A stretch of DNA of 24,965 bases from Verrucomicrobiales bacterium (lineage in GTDB: Bacteria; Verrucomicrobiota; Verrucomicrobiia; Verrucomicrobiales; V1-33). Within the stretch, counting starts at the first letter, position 1. The number at the start of each line of letters is the position of its first letter. Under the pieces are notes generated by a model. The model made no database searches, was not told where the DNA came from, and was given only the letters and a program-made list of their open reading frames with translations. A program made the translations under genes and the position numbers. Location: the NCBI GenBank assembly GCA_031411295.1, contig JANOAV010000170.1:1-24965 (forward strand), in the 5' to 3' direction. Shown here in pieces: positions 17,484 through 24,965 of the stretch.

Positions 17484-17518
17484 AGCTCCGGGATGTTGCA
17501 TTGGCTGGGCCACGAGAA

Positions 17519-17566
17519 TAAAAAAGAACCCAGAACAAAGACCGTTAGGAATTCGTTCTGGGCTCT
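17519..17566 (-). terminator. Rho-independent terminator for the minus-strand operon (possibly bidirectional)
   Basis: On the minus strand AGAGCCCAGAAC-(18 nt)-GTTCTGGGTTCT is followed by a T-run; lies between convergent stop codons. Confidence 0.7.
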
Positions 17567-17587
17567 GCAAAGTTTGGCGACTCCCAA

Positions 17588-18628
17588 TTACTTCTTGATG
17601 GCGCTGTCAGGTTTGGGCAGTGGGGTGCCGGGCATGGCTTTGCCGAGGGCGAGATCCTCTGGCTTCATGCCTTTGCGGAAACCGTTGGGAGAATAGAAGC
17701 CGGGCTTGTATTCGTCCACGTAGGTGACGTCGGCTTTGTCAGGCACTGGCATGTCGAGACCCCAGTAAACTCCGTTGACGATGAGACGACGCAGGCCTTC
17801 GCTTTCCAAGTCCGTGGCATCACCCATGGTGGTCGTGAGGACCTTGTTGGTCTTGCCATTGCTGTTCTTGTTTTCTCGCGTCCAGACCACCGGCATCATC
17901 GGATCGTTGATGCCTTGTTTGCCTTTCTTGTAATCGGCTGGAGGCGCATCGGGGAGCATCCCTTTCAAGACCTGGCCCCGCACGAGGATCTTCGCATCGT
18001 CAGGCGGATGGGCTTCGTAAACGTCGGTGAGGCCAAAAATATCCGTCACGCCTTTGAGCACCGGGCTGCTTTTGTCGGTAGGCTCCATGATGCCCTTGGT
18101 GGCTTCGGATTTGTGGCCACCCCAGTGGCTGACCCAAGTTTCTCCCAGGACCGCCCGGCCCCAGCCGCCTTTATCATTCCAGTTCAAGTTCGCATAGGGA
18201 CCAGCCTTGTCGTAACCGCTGAAGGCATGGGTGGCGGTGCGCAGGCCGATGATCGGCACGCCGCGTTCCATGGCATCGACGAAGTGTTTGGTGGCCTCAT
18301 CGGACCAATGGCGGAAACGTGTCAGGATCACGATGCCATCGGCGGTGTCCAATTGCTCGGGCGCACTCAGCGACTTCTGATTGTTCGGATCAATCGTGCC
18401 ATCGGCTGCGAGGGAGAACAACACCGTGGCCTTGAAACCATGCCGCTGACTCAGGATCTTGGCCAGCATGGGCAGGCCTTCTTCGCTGCGGTATTCTTCG
18501 TCTCCGCTGACAAAGACGATGTGTTTGCCCTTACCGGGACCATCTTTAGGCGCGTAGGTAACGTGATCATCGGCCAGCGCGGCCGTCGTGCTAAGAGCGA
18601 GAAGGGTGAAGAGATGTCGGATTTTCAT
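17588..18628 (-). CDS. Secreted ThuA-like (class I glutamine amidotransferase-like fold) domain protein
   Basis: ATG 18628 gives a Sec signal (MKIRHLFTLLALSTTAALA); HIVFVSGDEEYRSEE.LP.LA.IL, IIGLRTATHAF, MPVVWTR, TTTMG and RRLIVNGVYW. The longer start overlaps the upstream gene. Confidence 0.85.
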   Translation of the reverse strand: MKIRHLFTLLALSTTAALADDHVTYAPKDGPGKGKHIVFVSGDEEYRSEEGLPMLAKILSQRHGFKATVLFSLAADGTIDPNNQKSLSAPEQLDTADGIVILTRFRHWSDEATKHFVDAMERGVPIIGLRTATHAFSGYDKAGPYANLNWNDKGGWGRAVLGETWVSHWGGHKSEATKGIMEPTDKSSPVLKGVTDIFGLTDVYEAHPPDDAKILVRGQVLKGMLPDAPPADYKKGKQGINDPMMPVVWTRENKNSNGKTNKVLTTTMGDATDLESEGLRRLIVNGVYWGLDMPVPDKADVTYVDEYKPGFYSPNGFRKGMKPEDLALGKAMPGTPLPKPDSAIKK

Positions 18629-18663
18629 AGGAATGTAGGTTAAGTTAGACTTGATGGGGACGA

Positions 18664-21600
18664 TTATTGGGGGTTGGCTTCCAGATAGGCATCGACGTCT
18701 TTGGTGACGATCAATTTGCCATTCATGATGACGGCATGGCCGGGGAAGGTGCAAACATATTCGTATTCGCCTTCCTTGCTGGGGGCCTTCACTTGCAGTT
18801 TTTCCTTCTGACCGGGTTCCAGCATGTGGGTGGCGTCAATGAAGGGGAACTTGTCGGGAAGGTATTGCCGACCTTTCTTGTCCTTCTTGTCCGGGCCCAT
18901 GGTCATGGCGGCGGTGCCAATTTCCAAATGCTTGCCGGGCTCAACGATCACGAGGTTATGCGGCATGACGTCGGAATTCTCGAATACGATTTCGAAGGGC
19001 TTGCCTTGCTCCACGACGATGCGGTTGGTGTCGTAGCGCAATTGTTCCCGCACGGTTTTGATGATGAAGACGCTGACGCCCAGACCGCGCAATTCCTTGC
19101 GGGTGGCCGTATCGCCCGCGAGAGCTGCCATTTCCTGGCCCAGTTGGGAAATTTCAACGTATTCCTGCTCGGAGCGTTTCTTGGCATCCACGTTCTTGGC
19201 GTAATCCAAAAGTTTTTTGGCGATGGCACCAGCTTGCGCTTTATCCCAACTGTCCTTCGGTAACTGCATCATCGCATCGGCCGCAGTGTTGCGTTCTTTG
19301 CCTTCGAGCACAAACTTCGCCAGCGTGGCAAAATTCGCATTGGCGTTGGCCGCCCCCATCATCGGGAGCGCGGTGAGAGCTGCCTTGAGCAAATTGCCGG
19401 AGGCCTTGCCGCTGGTGATGAATTCGTTGAGCTTCCCTTGGAATTGCGAACGCAGAGCGGGATCCACGATCAGACCCAGTCCGGAAATGATGGCTTCACG
19501 ATTCGATGGACGATCTGCGGAGGCATCCCAAACGGCGTCCGGTTTGCCATCGGCTACCACCAAGGCGGCATAGATCGCCTTCCGGGAGGGACCTTGCTGG
19601 GCGCTGTCAGCGGCATGGAGAATAGCAGCTTTGCCTTTGGCGAGATCTGAGGGTGGCAGGGCGAGCAGGATTTTTCCTAACTCCGCAGCGGCGGAGTTAT
19701 TGGCTGCGCCCTTTTCATCCAATTTAGCCAAGCTGTTGAGCACCTCCGTCAACTTGTCGCTCTTGTGGAGCTTGACGAGTTCGGTGACAATCTTTTCCCG
19801 GGTGGGGAGATCGTAGGACTTGCGTTCGAGTTGGGTCAGGAGCACCACCTCACTGGCGGCTTGCTTGAGTAATTCTTTGTCATCCATTTTCCCCAGCACC
19901 GCCGTTAGGGTGGCGGCATCCATTGGCAGCACCGAGCCTTTCGCCAGCGATTGCAGCTGACGCATGGTTTGCTTGTAACAGTAGTCCAGATAGTAATCAG
20001 ACTCATATTTCAGCGTGCTGTAAGCCACCTCCATGGCCTTGGCGACATCGTCGCCTTTGAAGAAGCTGGCCGCCCGCACGGCTTCCAAACGCACCCGGGG
20101 AGCACTATCATTGGCGGCGGCTTTCAGTAATTCCAAGGCATTCGGGATGCGATCCCGTTGGTAGCAAATGACCCGCACCGCCTGGGCGCGCGCCCGTGGT
20201 TCGGGGCCTTTGAGGATGCTCTCAATCAGCGGGATATTCACGGCATCATGCCATTGATGCACCCAGAGCGCTTCCAGCAAATGGTGCGCATCGGTCGTCT
20301 TGGTGGCGTCAAATTGCTTGGCCCAGCTTTGCGTTGCCGCAATGACTTCTTTGCTGTCACGCTTGCCGAGTTCGATTTTGGCCAAGCGACGGGTATCGTT
20401 TTCCGGCTCTTTCAAGAGATCCAGCAATTTAGCGATCGGCTCGCCATCGATCTTCTTAGGCTCCAGCAACGGACGGCTGGGGTAGGTGATCCGATAGAGT
20501 CGGCCATGTTGGTGATCCCGGTTAGGATCGCGCAAATGGTGTTGCAAGTGACCAATCAACATTTGCGACCAGTCCATGAAATACATCGAGCCATCCGGAG
20601 CCGTGGTGATCCCGCTGGGGCGGAAATTCGGGTTGGCAGCCACGTCAGTTTCAATCAAATGATCCGTCGTTTCGCCCTTCAGGCCGGAGCCTTCCTCACT
20701 GATTTTCGCGCGGAAGATCCCTTGGAAACTAATGACGTTGGTGTTGAGAAATTGGCCCTGCCACTCGTCCGGGAAATGACGACTGGACAGGATGTTGGTG
20801 CCAGGAGTGGGGCGGGAAGGACGATTCCAGAATTGGTTATAACCAGGGTGCGATCCTTCATCCAGATGCCCGCTGAAGCCGGGTCCGAAGTAGTTGGCGT
20901 TGCCAGTGGCATCGGTAATGATGTCATTACCCCAGTAGTCGAAGACCCGGCCGTGCGGATTGGCAAAGCCATACGGCACATAGCGCTCGAACTTGCTCGT
21001 GTTCGCTTCGAAACGATAGATCGCTCCATTGACGTTGCGGATAGGGCCGTTCAACGTTTCCACGTTGGTGCGATGGAACACGCCATCGCTGAGATACATC
21101 GCTCCGCCGGGTTCCAGGCAGATGGAATTGGTCTCATGGTGGGAGTCCGCTGCGTCCAAGCCGTGGAGCAGGCGTTCCCGCGTATCGGCCTTGCCGTCGC
21201 CATTGGTATCCCGCAGGAACCAGAGGTCGGGCGACTGCATCACAATCACGCCGTCTTTATAAAATTGAAAACCGGTGGGACAGTTCAGGCCGTCCGCAAA
21301 CGTCGTGCACTTCACCGCCTTGCCCGTCTTGGGATCAAGATCGAAGACCAGTAATTTATCGTAGTTGGTCGTGGTTGGCATCGTTTCGGGATACGTCGGC
21401 CAGGCGGCAATCCACAAACGGCCCTTGGTGTCGAAGTTCATTTGCACCGGATTGATCAACTCTGGGAACGTTTCCTCAGAGGCCACCAATTCCACTTTGC
21501 AGCCTTCGGCCACCTTCAGGTGCTTGATCGCTTCTTCCCCACTCAGGTAAGGCACGGGCTCCTTGCGATTCGCTGGTGTCAGATCCACCTTGGGTAAATT

Positions 21601-22632
21601 GTCGTCCTTAACGGTGTATGGTTTATTGTTGGCGGTGGCCCACACGAGCTTGTCGCGATTAGCCGTCTTCACATCGCGCTGCGCCATCTCCTGGCAGAGG
21701 ATGAAGGCATTCGTGACCTTGGGGCCGCCTTTGGCATCTTCGTAGGGGAAGCGGCTGCGCTGGCCGTAAATGTTGTATTGATCCACCGTGCGATAGCGAT
21801 GATGCCATTCGGTATTTTTCTCAATCACCGCTGCGCGAATCTTGGCCACGCCAGCATCGTCGGTGGAGGCCGGAGCTTTGCCGAAGAGCGCTTGGAATTG
21901 CACCGGGGCCAGTGCCTTGTCGCCTTCCTCCAGCAGATGGATGCCATTGAGTGTCAGCGGTTTTGCGGCCTTGGCGTAGAGTTCCTTGGAAGGATGGAAG
22001 AGGTCCACGAATTGGACGTTATTGGCCTTGGCCACTTCCGCCAGAGCGGCGGTGTAGAGTTCCAGATTGGCGTTGTTAGCGGAGCCGTCAGGGAAATGTT
22101 CGCTCTTCAGATTTTCGTGAGCGATGGGGGAGAGGAGGACCAACTTTGGAGCCCCGGCACCATAGTTGGCAGCCAGAGTGGCCTTGACATAAGCGTCCAT
22201 GTTCTTCTTGAAATCCTCGACGCCAGCGGGACCACGGAAGGATTCGTTGAAACCCCAGTAAGCCAGGATCACCCTGGCATGGAAATCCGCTCCGGCTTTG
22301 TAAGTCACGTCGGTATTGCCAGCTTTCGTATTGAGATCGCCTGGCTTCATATCCAAGAAATAGGCCGTCGTGGGGACTTCATCGCTCCGGGGATGCAGAT
22401 TCACTTCGTCTGCGGCAAAGCCAAGATTCCGCACCACTAAATTTAAGTCTGGGTAGGCGCGATGCATCAGCGCCTCCAGCCAACCATGGTGCTGCTGGCG
22501 ATCCGCCAGGCCGCTGCCGACGATGGCGATGTTGTCTCCTTTTTTAAGTTCAAGTTGCTGTGCAGCAACATTGGTAGAAATGAGCGCAGTGGCGGCAAGG
22601 GCGTAAGTAGGGGCTAGATAACGATGATTCAT
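18664..22632 (-). CDS. PVC-type multidomain dehydrogenase-like protein: SGNH-like, glucose/sorbosone-dehydrogenase-like beta-propeller, HEAT repeats and C-terminal azurin-like cupredoxin
   Basis: Signal peptide; IAIVGSGL..RNLGF..GFNES..NGIHL (SGNH-like); NPVQMNFDTKGRLW, DTNGDGKAD, NPHG and FRPSG..APDGSMYFMDW..HGRLYRI (propeller); PRVRLEAVRAAS (HEAT); MPHNLVI..CTFPGHAVIM (type-1 Cu site). Confidence 0.88.
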   Translation of the reverse strand: MNHRYLAPTYALAATALISTNVAAQQLELKKGDNIAIVGSGLADRQQHHGWLEALMHRAYPDLNLVVRNLGFAADEVNLHPRSDEVPTTAYFLDMKPGDLNTKAGNTDVTYKAGADFHARVILAYWGFNESFRGPAGVEDFKKNMDAYVKATLAANYGAGAPKLVLLSPIAHENLKSEHFPDGSANNANLELYTAALAEVAKANNVQFVDLFHPSKELYAKAAKPLTLNGIHLLEEGDKALAPVQFQALFGKAPASTDDAGVAKIRAAVIEKNTEWHHRYRTVDQYNIYGQRSRFPYEDAKGGPKVTNAFILCQEMAQRDVKTANRDKLVWATANNKPYTVKDDNLPKVDLTPANRKEPVPYLSGEEAIKHLKVAEGCKVELVASEETFPELINPVQMNFDTKGRLWIAAWPTYPETMPTTTNYDKLLVFDLDPKTGKAVKCTTFADGLNCPTGFQFYKDGVIVMQSPDLWFLRDTNGDGKADTRERLLHGLDAADSHHETNSICLEPGGAMYLSDGVFHRTNVETLNGPIRNVNGAIYRFEANTSKFERYVPYGFANPHGRVFDYWGNDIITDATGNANYFGPGFSGHLDEGSHPGYNQFWNRPSRPTPGTNILSSRHFPDEWQGQFLNTNVISFQGIFRAKISEEGSGLKGETTDHLIETDVAANPNFRPSGITTAPDGSMYFMDWSQMLIGHLQHHLRDPNRDHQHGRLYRITYPSRPLLEPKKIDGEPIAKLLDLLKEPENDTRRLAKIELGKRDSKEVIAATQSWAKQFDATKTTDAHHLLEALWVHQWHDAVNIPLIESILKGPEPRARAQAVRVICYQRDRIPNALELLKAAANDSAPRVRLEAVRAASFFKGDDVAKAMEVAYSTLKYESDYYLDYCYKQTMRQLQSLAKGSVLPMDAATLTAVLGKMDDKELLKQAASEVVLLTQLERKSYDLPTREKIVTELVKLHKSDKLTEVLNSLAKLDEKGAANNSAAAELGKILLALPPSDLAKGKAAILHAADSAQQGPSRKAIYAALVVADGKPDAVWDASADRPSNREAIISGLGLIVDPALRSQFQGKLNEFITSGKASGNLLKAALTALPMMGAANANANFATLAKFVLEGKERNTAADAMMQLPKDSWDKAQAGAIAKKLLDYAKNVDAKKRSEQEYVEISQLGQEMAALAGDTATRKELRGLGVSVFIIKTVREQLRYDTNRIVVEQGKPFEIVFENSDVMPHNLVIVEPGKHLEIGTAAMTMGPDKKDKKGRQYLPDKFPFIDATHMLEPGQKEKLQVKAPSKEGEYEYVCTFPGHAVIMNGKLIVTKDVDAYLEANPQ

Positions 22633-23264
22633 AGTGGATAATAGAGTGCAGTCGACCGCCCGTTTTACAGGGTTTGCAGCGGATGTCGAGTGCTTAAGTG
22701 CGGAACCTCATCGCATTTATGGGGGCGTGCTTAAACGCGTTAAAAAGGCTGGGATAAATCAGTCGCTTCTTATGCTAAATCGGACATTTTACCATTTTTC
22801 CAAATTGCGAGTTTCAGGGCGTCATCTACTCCCAGCCGCCAGCTTGTTGAACGGAGCAGTAAGTCGAATGGTCAAAATAGCGAATGGGAGTGATGCGATG
22901 CAGTAACCCCTCACGCAGAATTACGTCGTCGTCAGGGGTTCCAATCATAGTCCTGGAAGCCGTTGATTCCGCAAAATATTGAGCGGGAGGTGGTAATGAT
23001 GTGCGAACGTTTCTTCGCTTCGGTCGGGCTGGTGAAGCCGGCGGCTCGTAGTGGAGCAAGCAGCGTGGTCCCTAGCTATTACCCGCAGTCGGCGCGGGCA
23101 CAAGGTTGGTGCCTGACCGAGATTTTGCCATGCGTGCCCCTCCGGTTCTCGCACATCATGGAGATCTCTTTTGGGTTGGCCCTCCGGCTCAGCCTATGGA
23201 CCATTGTCGTTGCTGGCTTCCATGCCCTAAAATGAGCCCAGGACTGAACATTAATCCAGCTAAA

Positions 23265-23918
23265 CTAGGCTGATACCCCGACATGAACCGCAGCATACTG
23301 ACGTAGCGCGCATGAACTACTGACGCGCAGCTTTTTTTTCAAACGCTGACAATGCGTCTCTATAGTTTTTATACTCACTTTCATCTCATCAGATATTTGC
23401 CGATTACTCAGTCCCTTGCCCAACAGTCGCAGCACCTGCGCCTCCCGAATCGACACCTTCGGCATCCCATCAGCCCGAACCTCGATCGCCCCGTTCGCCA
23501 AGTTTCCCAGCATCACATCCCCCACCTTCTGGCTCATGTGCCGCGTCCCTTTCAGCGCCCCATGAATTGCCATTAAAAGACTCTCCGTCGAATCATGTCG
23601 CGAAACATACCCCAACACCCCAGCCTTGAAGGCACGCTGAATCAAGACCACGTCCACCGCCCCCGTATGCACCACCACCCGCGTGGCCGGACTCCACTGC
23701 GGTAAGTCCTTAATAAAATTCACCCCATCCCCCAGCGCAATATCAAACACCACCAAGTGCGGCTGATGCTTCTCACACAATTCCCGAGCCCCCACCAAAC
23801 AACTCGCCTCCCCACAAACCCGCAGCTTCGGCTCCTTATTAATCAACTGCAGCAGCCCGAACCGAGCCATCGATTCAGCTTCAACGATAACGATATTTGT
23901 GTCCTTTAGTGCGCTCAT
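23265..23918 (-). CDS. NarL/LuxR-family response regulator with an atypical receiver domain
   Basis: Receiver (IVIVEAE..VCGEA..PHLVVFDI..VVVHTG..AGVLGYV) plus LuxR HTH (SIREAQVLRLLGKGLSNRQIS..VSIKTIETH..LKKKL). Confidence 0.92.
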   Translation of the reverse strand: MSALKDTNIVIVEAESMARFGLLQLINKEPKLRVCGEASCLVGARELCEKHQPHLVVFDIALGDGVNFIKDLPQWSPATRVVVHTGAVDVVLIQRAFKAGVLGYVSRHDSTESLLMAIHGALKGTRHMSQKVGDVMLGNLANGAIEVRADGMPKVSIREAQVLRLLGKGLSNRQISDEMKVSIKTIETHCQRLKKKLRVSSSCALRQYAAVHVGVSA

Positions 23919-24124
23919 AACAATATTGTTTTTCTAAAGGGGAATGCAAGTCGATGTAAGACTATTCCCGACAAACTTGCAAGGCATTCTTACAAACCCA
24001 TCAGATTTCCCCTCCATGCTCCATACCAGAAAAATTACCCGACGTTACACATTTCCCCCACAAAAGTTCAAGACAGCCTCCTGATTGAACCAGAACTCCC
24101 CGTGTGGTTCACTGCCTCACACTA

Positions 24125-24475
24125 ATGAGAACCAGAAAAACCAGCAAAGGACTAACCATCAACACCATCGCGGGAACGCCTGTCGTTGTCCTCGGAATGG
24201 ATCTCTGCGACGAGAAGCGGAAGAAATGCCTTGGCTACGCCATCCAGCGTGAGGACGTTACCGAAGGTGAAAAATACTGGATGAGCGGGATGAAGACCTT
24301 CGAGGCCACTGATCCGCTTCTCGGGCCAGGCGGACAGGTGTCCAGTCATGATCATCCATTCCAATCCTTCCAATGGTCCGATTACACCGCCAAGTCGGAG
24401 CACAACTTCACCCACAACGTCATTCATCTCTACGGAGGTCCCTGGAGCGACGAAGCCGTGATACGTGCGGTGTAA
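24125..24475 (+). pseudogene. Truncated N-terminal fragment resembling a phospholipase D-like protein family
   Basis: GLTINTIAGT.VVVLG.D..LGYAIQR...YWMSGMKTF...HPFQSFQWSDYTAK resembles, from recall, the N-domain of larger bacterial PLD-like proteins; the ORF stops after 116 aa with no HKD motif. Confidence 0.55.
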
Positions 24476-24509
24476 ACCGCTCTCTGTCCCTGCGCCCCAT
24501 CATTTGCCC

Positions 24510-24851
24510 ATGAGCTCCATCCTCACCCTCCAAGCAACCGCCGCAACCAAAGCCGAACCCTTCGGCTTCTCCGCCGACGACATGGTGAAAATCGCTAGCG
24601 CCGGTGTGGCAGGCGTCAGCGTGCTAGCCATGCTGATCATCGGAACCGTGCTGGTGATTTCTAAAACCATCTCCCCAATCAAGGCCGATTTGATGAAGTC
24701 CTTCATGAAGTTCTGCCTCGGCTTGGCCGTGATCGTCGGTGGCAGCGGAGTGGCCCTCGCCTACAACAACAACAACAAAGTCCAAAGTGCTACAACCGCC
24801 GCCGAAGAGGCCAGTGAGAAGGCACAACTAGTGCTTACTTGCAATAGTTAA
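24510..24851 (+). CDS. Hypothetical two-TM membrane protein, probably 3'-truncated by an IS insertion at 24829-24830
   Basis: Two hydrophobic segments followed by an incipient coiled coil (AAEEASEKAQ); composition changes abruptly to AT-rich at CTAG 24828-24831. Confidence 0.6.
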   Translation: MSSILTLQATAATKAEPFGFSADDMVKIASAGVAGVSVLAMLIIGTVLVISKTISPIKADLMKSFMKFCLGLAVIVGGSGVALAYNNNNKVQSATTAAEEASEKAQLVLTCNS

Positions 24852-24965
24852 CAAATGTGAAATAAGTGGGGATGAGCCGCTCCATCAAACCGCTGAATTT
24901 AACGAACGACGAAAAGGTCACCATTGAAGCCCTAATCCGCAGTCCGCAAAGCACGCAGGGACAGG
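24829..24965 (+). mobile_element. Left end of a putative IS630-family insertion sequence (partial)
   Basis: Starts at the TA of CTAG (the IS630 target preference); an AT-rich ~40-nt end is followed by a transposase-like ORF start. Confidence 0.6.
24872..24965 (+). CDS. Putative IS630-family transposase, N-terminus only (runs off the window)
   Basis: MSRSIKPLNLTNDEKVTIEALIRSPQSTQGQ resembles the IS630 N-terminal pattern (L-x-L-T/S-x-E-E-R/K-x-x-L-x-x-x-x-R...Q); too short for the ORF track. Confidence 0.6.
   Translation, partial: MSRSIKPLNLTNDEKVTIEALIRSPQSTQGQ

Noticed and set aside
18629..18754. N-terminal extension of the ThuA-like ORF in the track
   Set aside because: It overlaps the upstream gene; ATG 18628 gives a clean signal peptide.
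20158..21354. 398-aa antisense ORF (also 17915-18643, 18667-19263, 21778-22440 and 9607-10191)
   Set aside because: Shadow ORFs opposite well-supported genes, expected from GC-rich codon bias; no motifs.
24765..24778. (AAC)n run
   Set aside because: A short in-frame poly-Asn codon run; not a frameshifting repeat.
1..24965. CRISPR array, tRNA/rRNA genes, integron attC array, prophage or defence genes
   Set aside because: No regularly spaced repeats, cloverleaf or T-loop signatures, attC-like paired ends or hallmark proteins were seen.

Overview
Bacterial chromosomal window of roughly 55-60% GC (by eye). Gene content points to Verrucomicrobiota or another PVC bacterium (inference): Tat-exported enzymes, PATR and CotH/lamin-tail exoproteins, a GntR/LacI hybrid regulator, a PVC-type dehydrogenase and a ThuA-like protein. 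Left part: polysaccharide deacetylase, metzincin protease, dprA plus a hypothetical gene, a stand-alone cNMP-binding protein, a 614-nt AT-rich structured intergenic region, and a dnaA with an altered DNA-recognition helix and no adjacent dnaN. Middle: a GntR/LacI regulator followed by a ~10 kb block of exported proteins (PATR adhesin-like protein, CotH kinase/lamin-tail protein, Tat Gfo/Idh/MocA oxidoreductase, lipoprotein PhoD). This block converges on a ThuA-like gene and a 1322-aa SGNH/beta-propeller/HEAT/cupredoxin fusion. Right end: an atypical orphan NarL-type regulator, a truncated phospholipase-D-family N-terminus, and a membrane-protein gene apparently interrupted at CTAG by an IS630-like element running off the window. 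Best leads: a C-terminal domain shared by two otherwise unrelated exoproteins (candidate export or anchoring signal), a clustered extracytoplasmic kinase and phosphatase, and the divergent DnaA with phased TTGCC repeats upstream. No rRNA, tRNA or CRISPR array was seen. All family calls are from motif recognition, not database searches.
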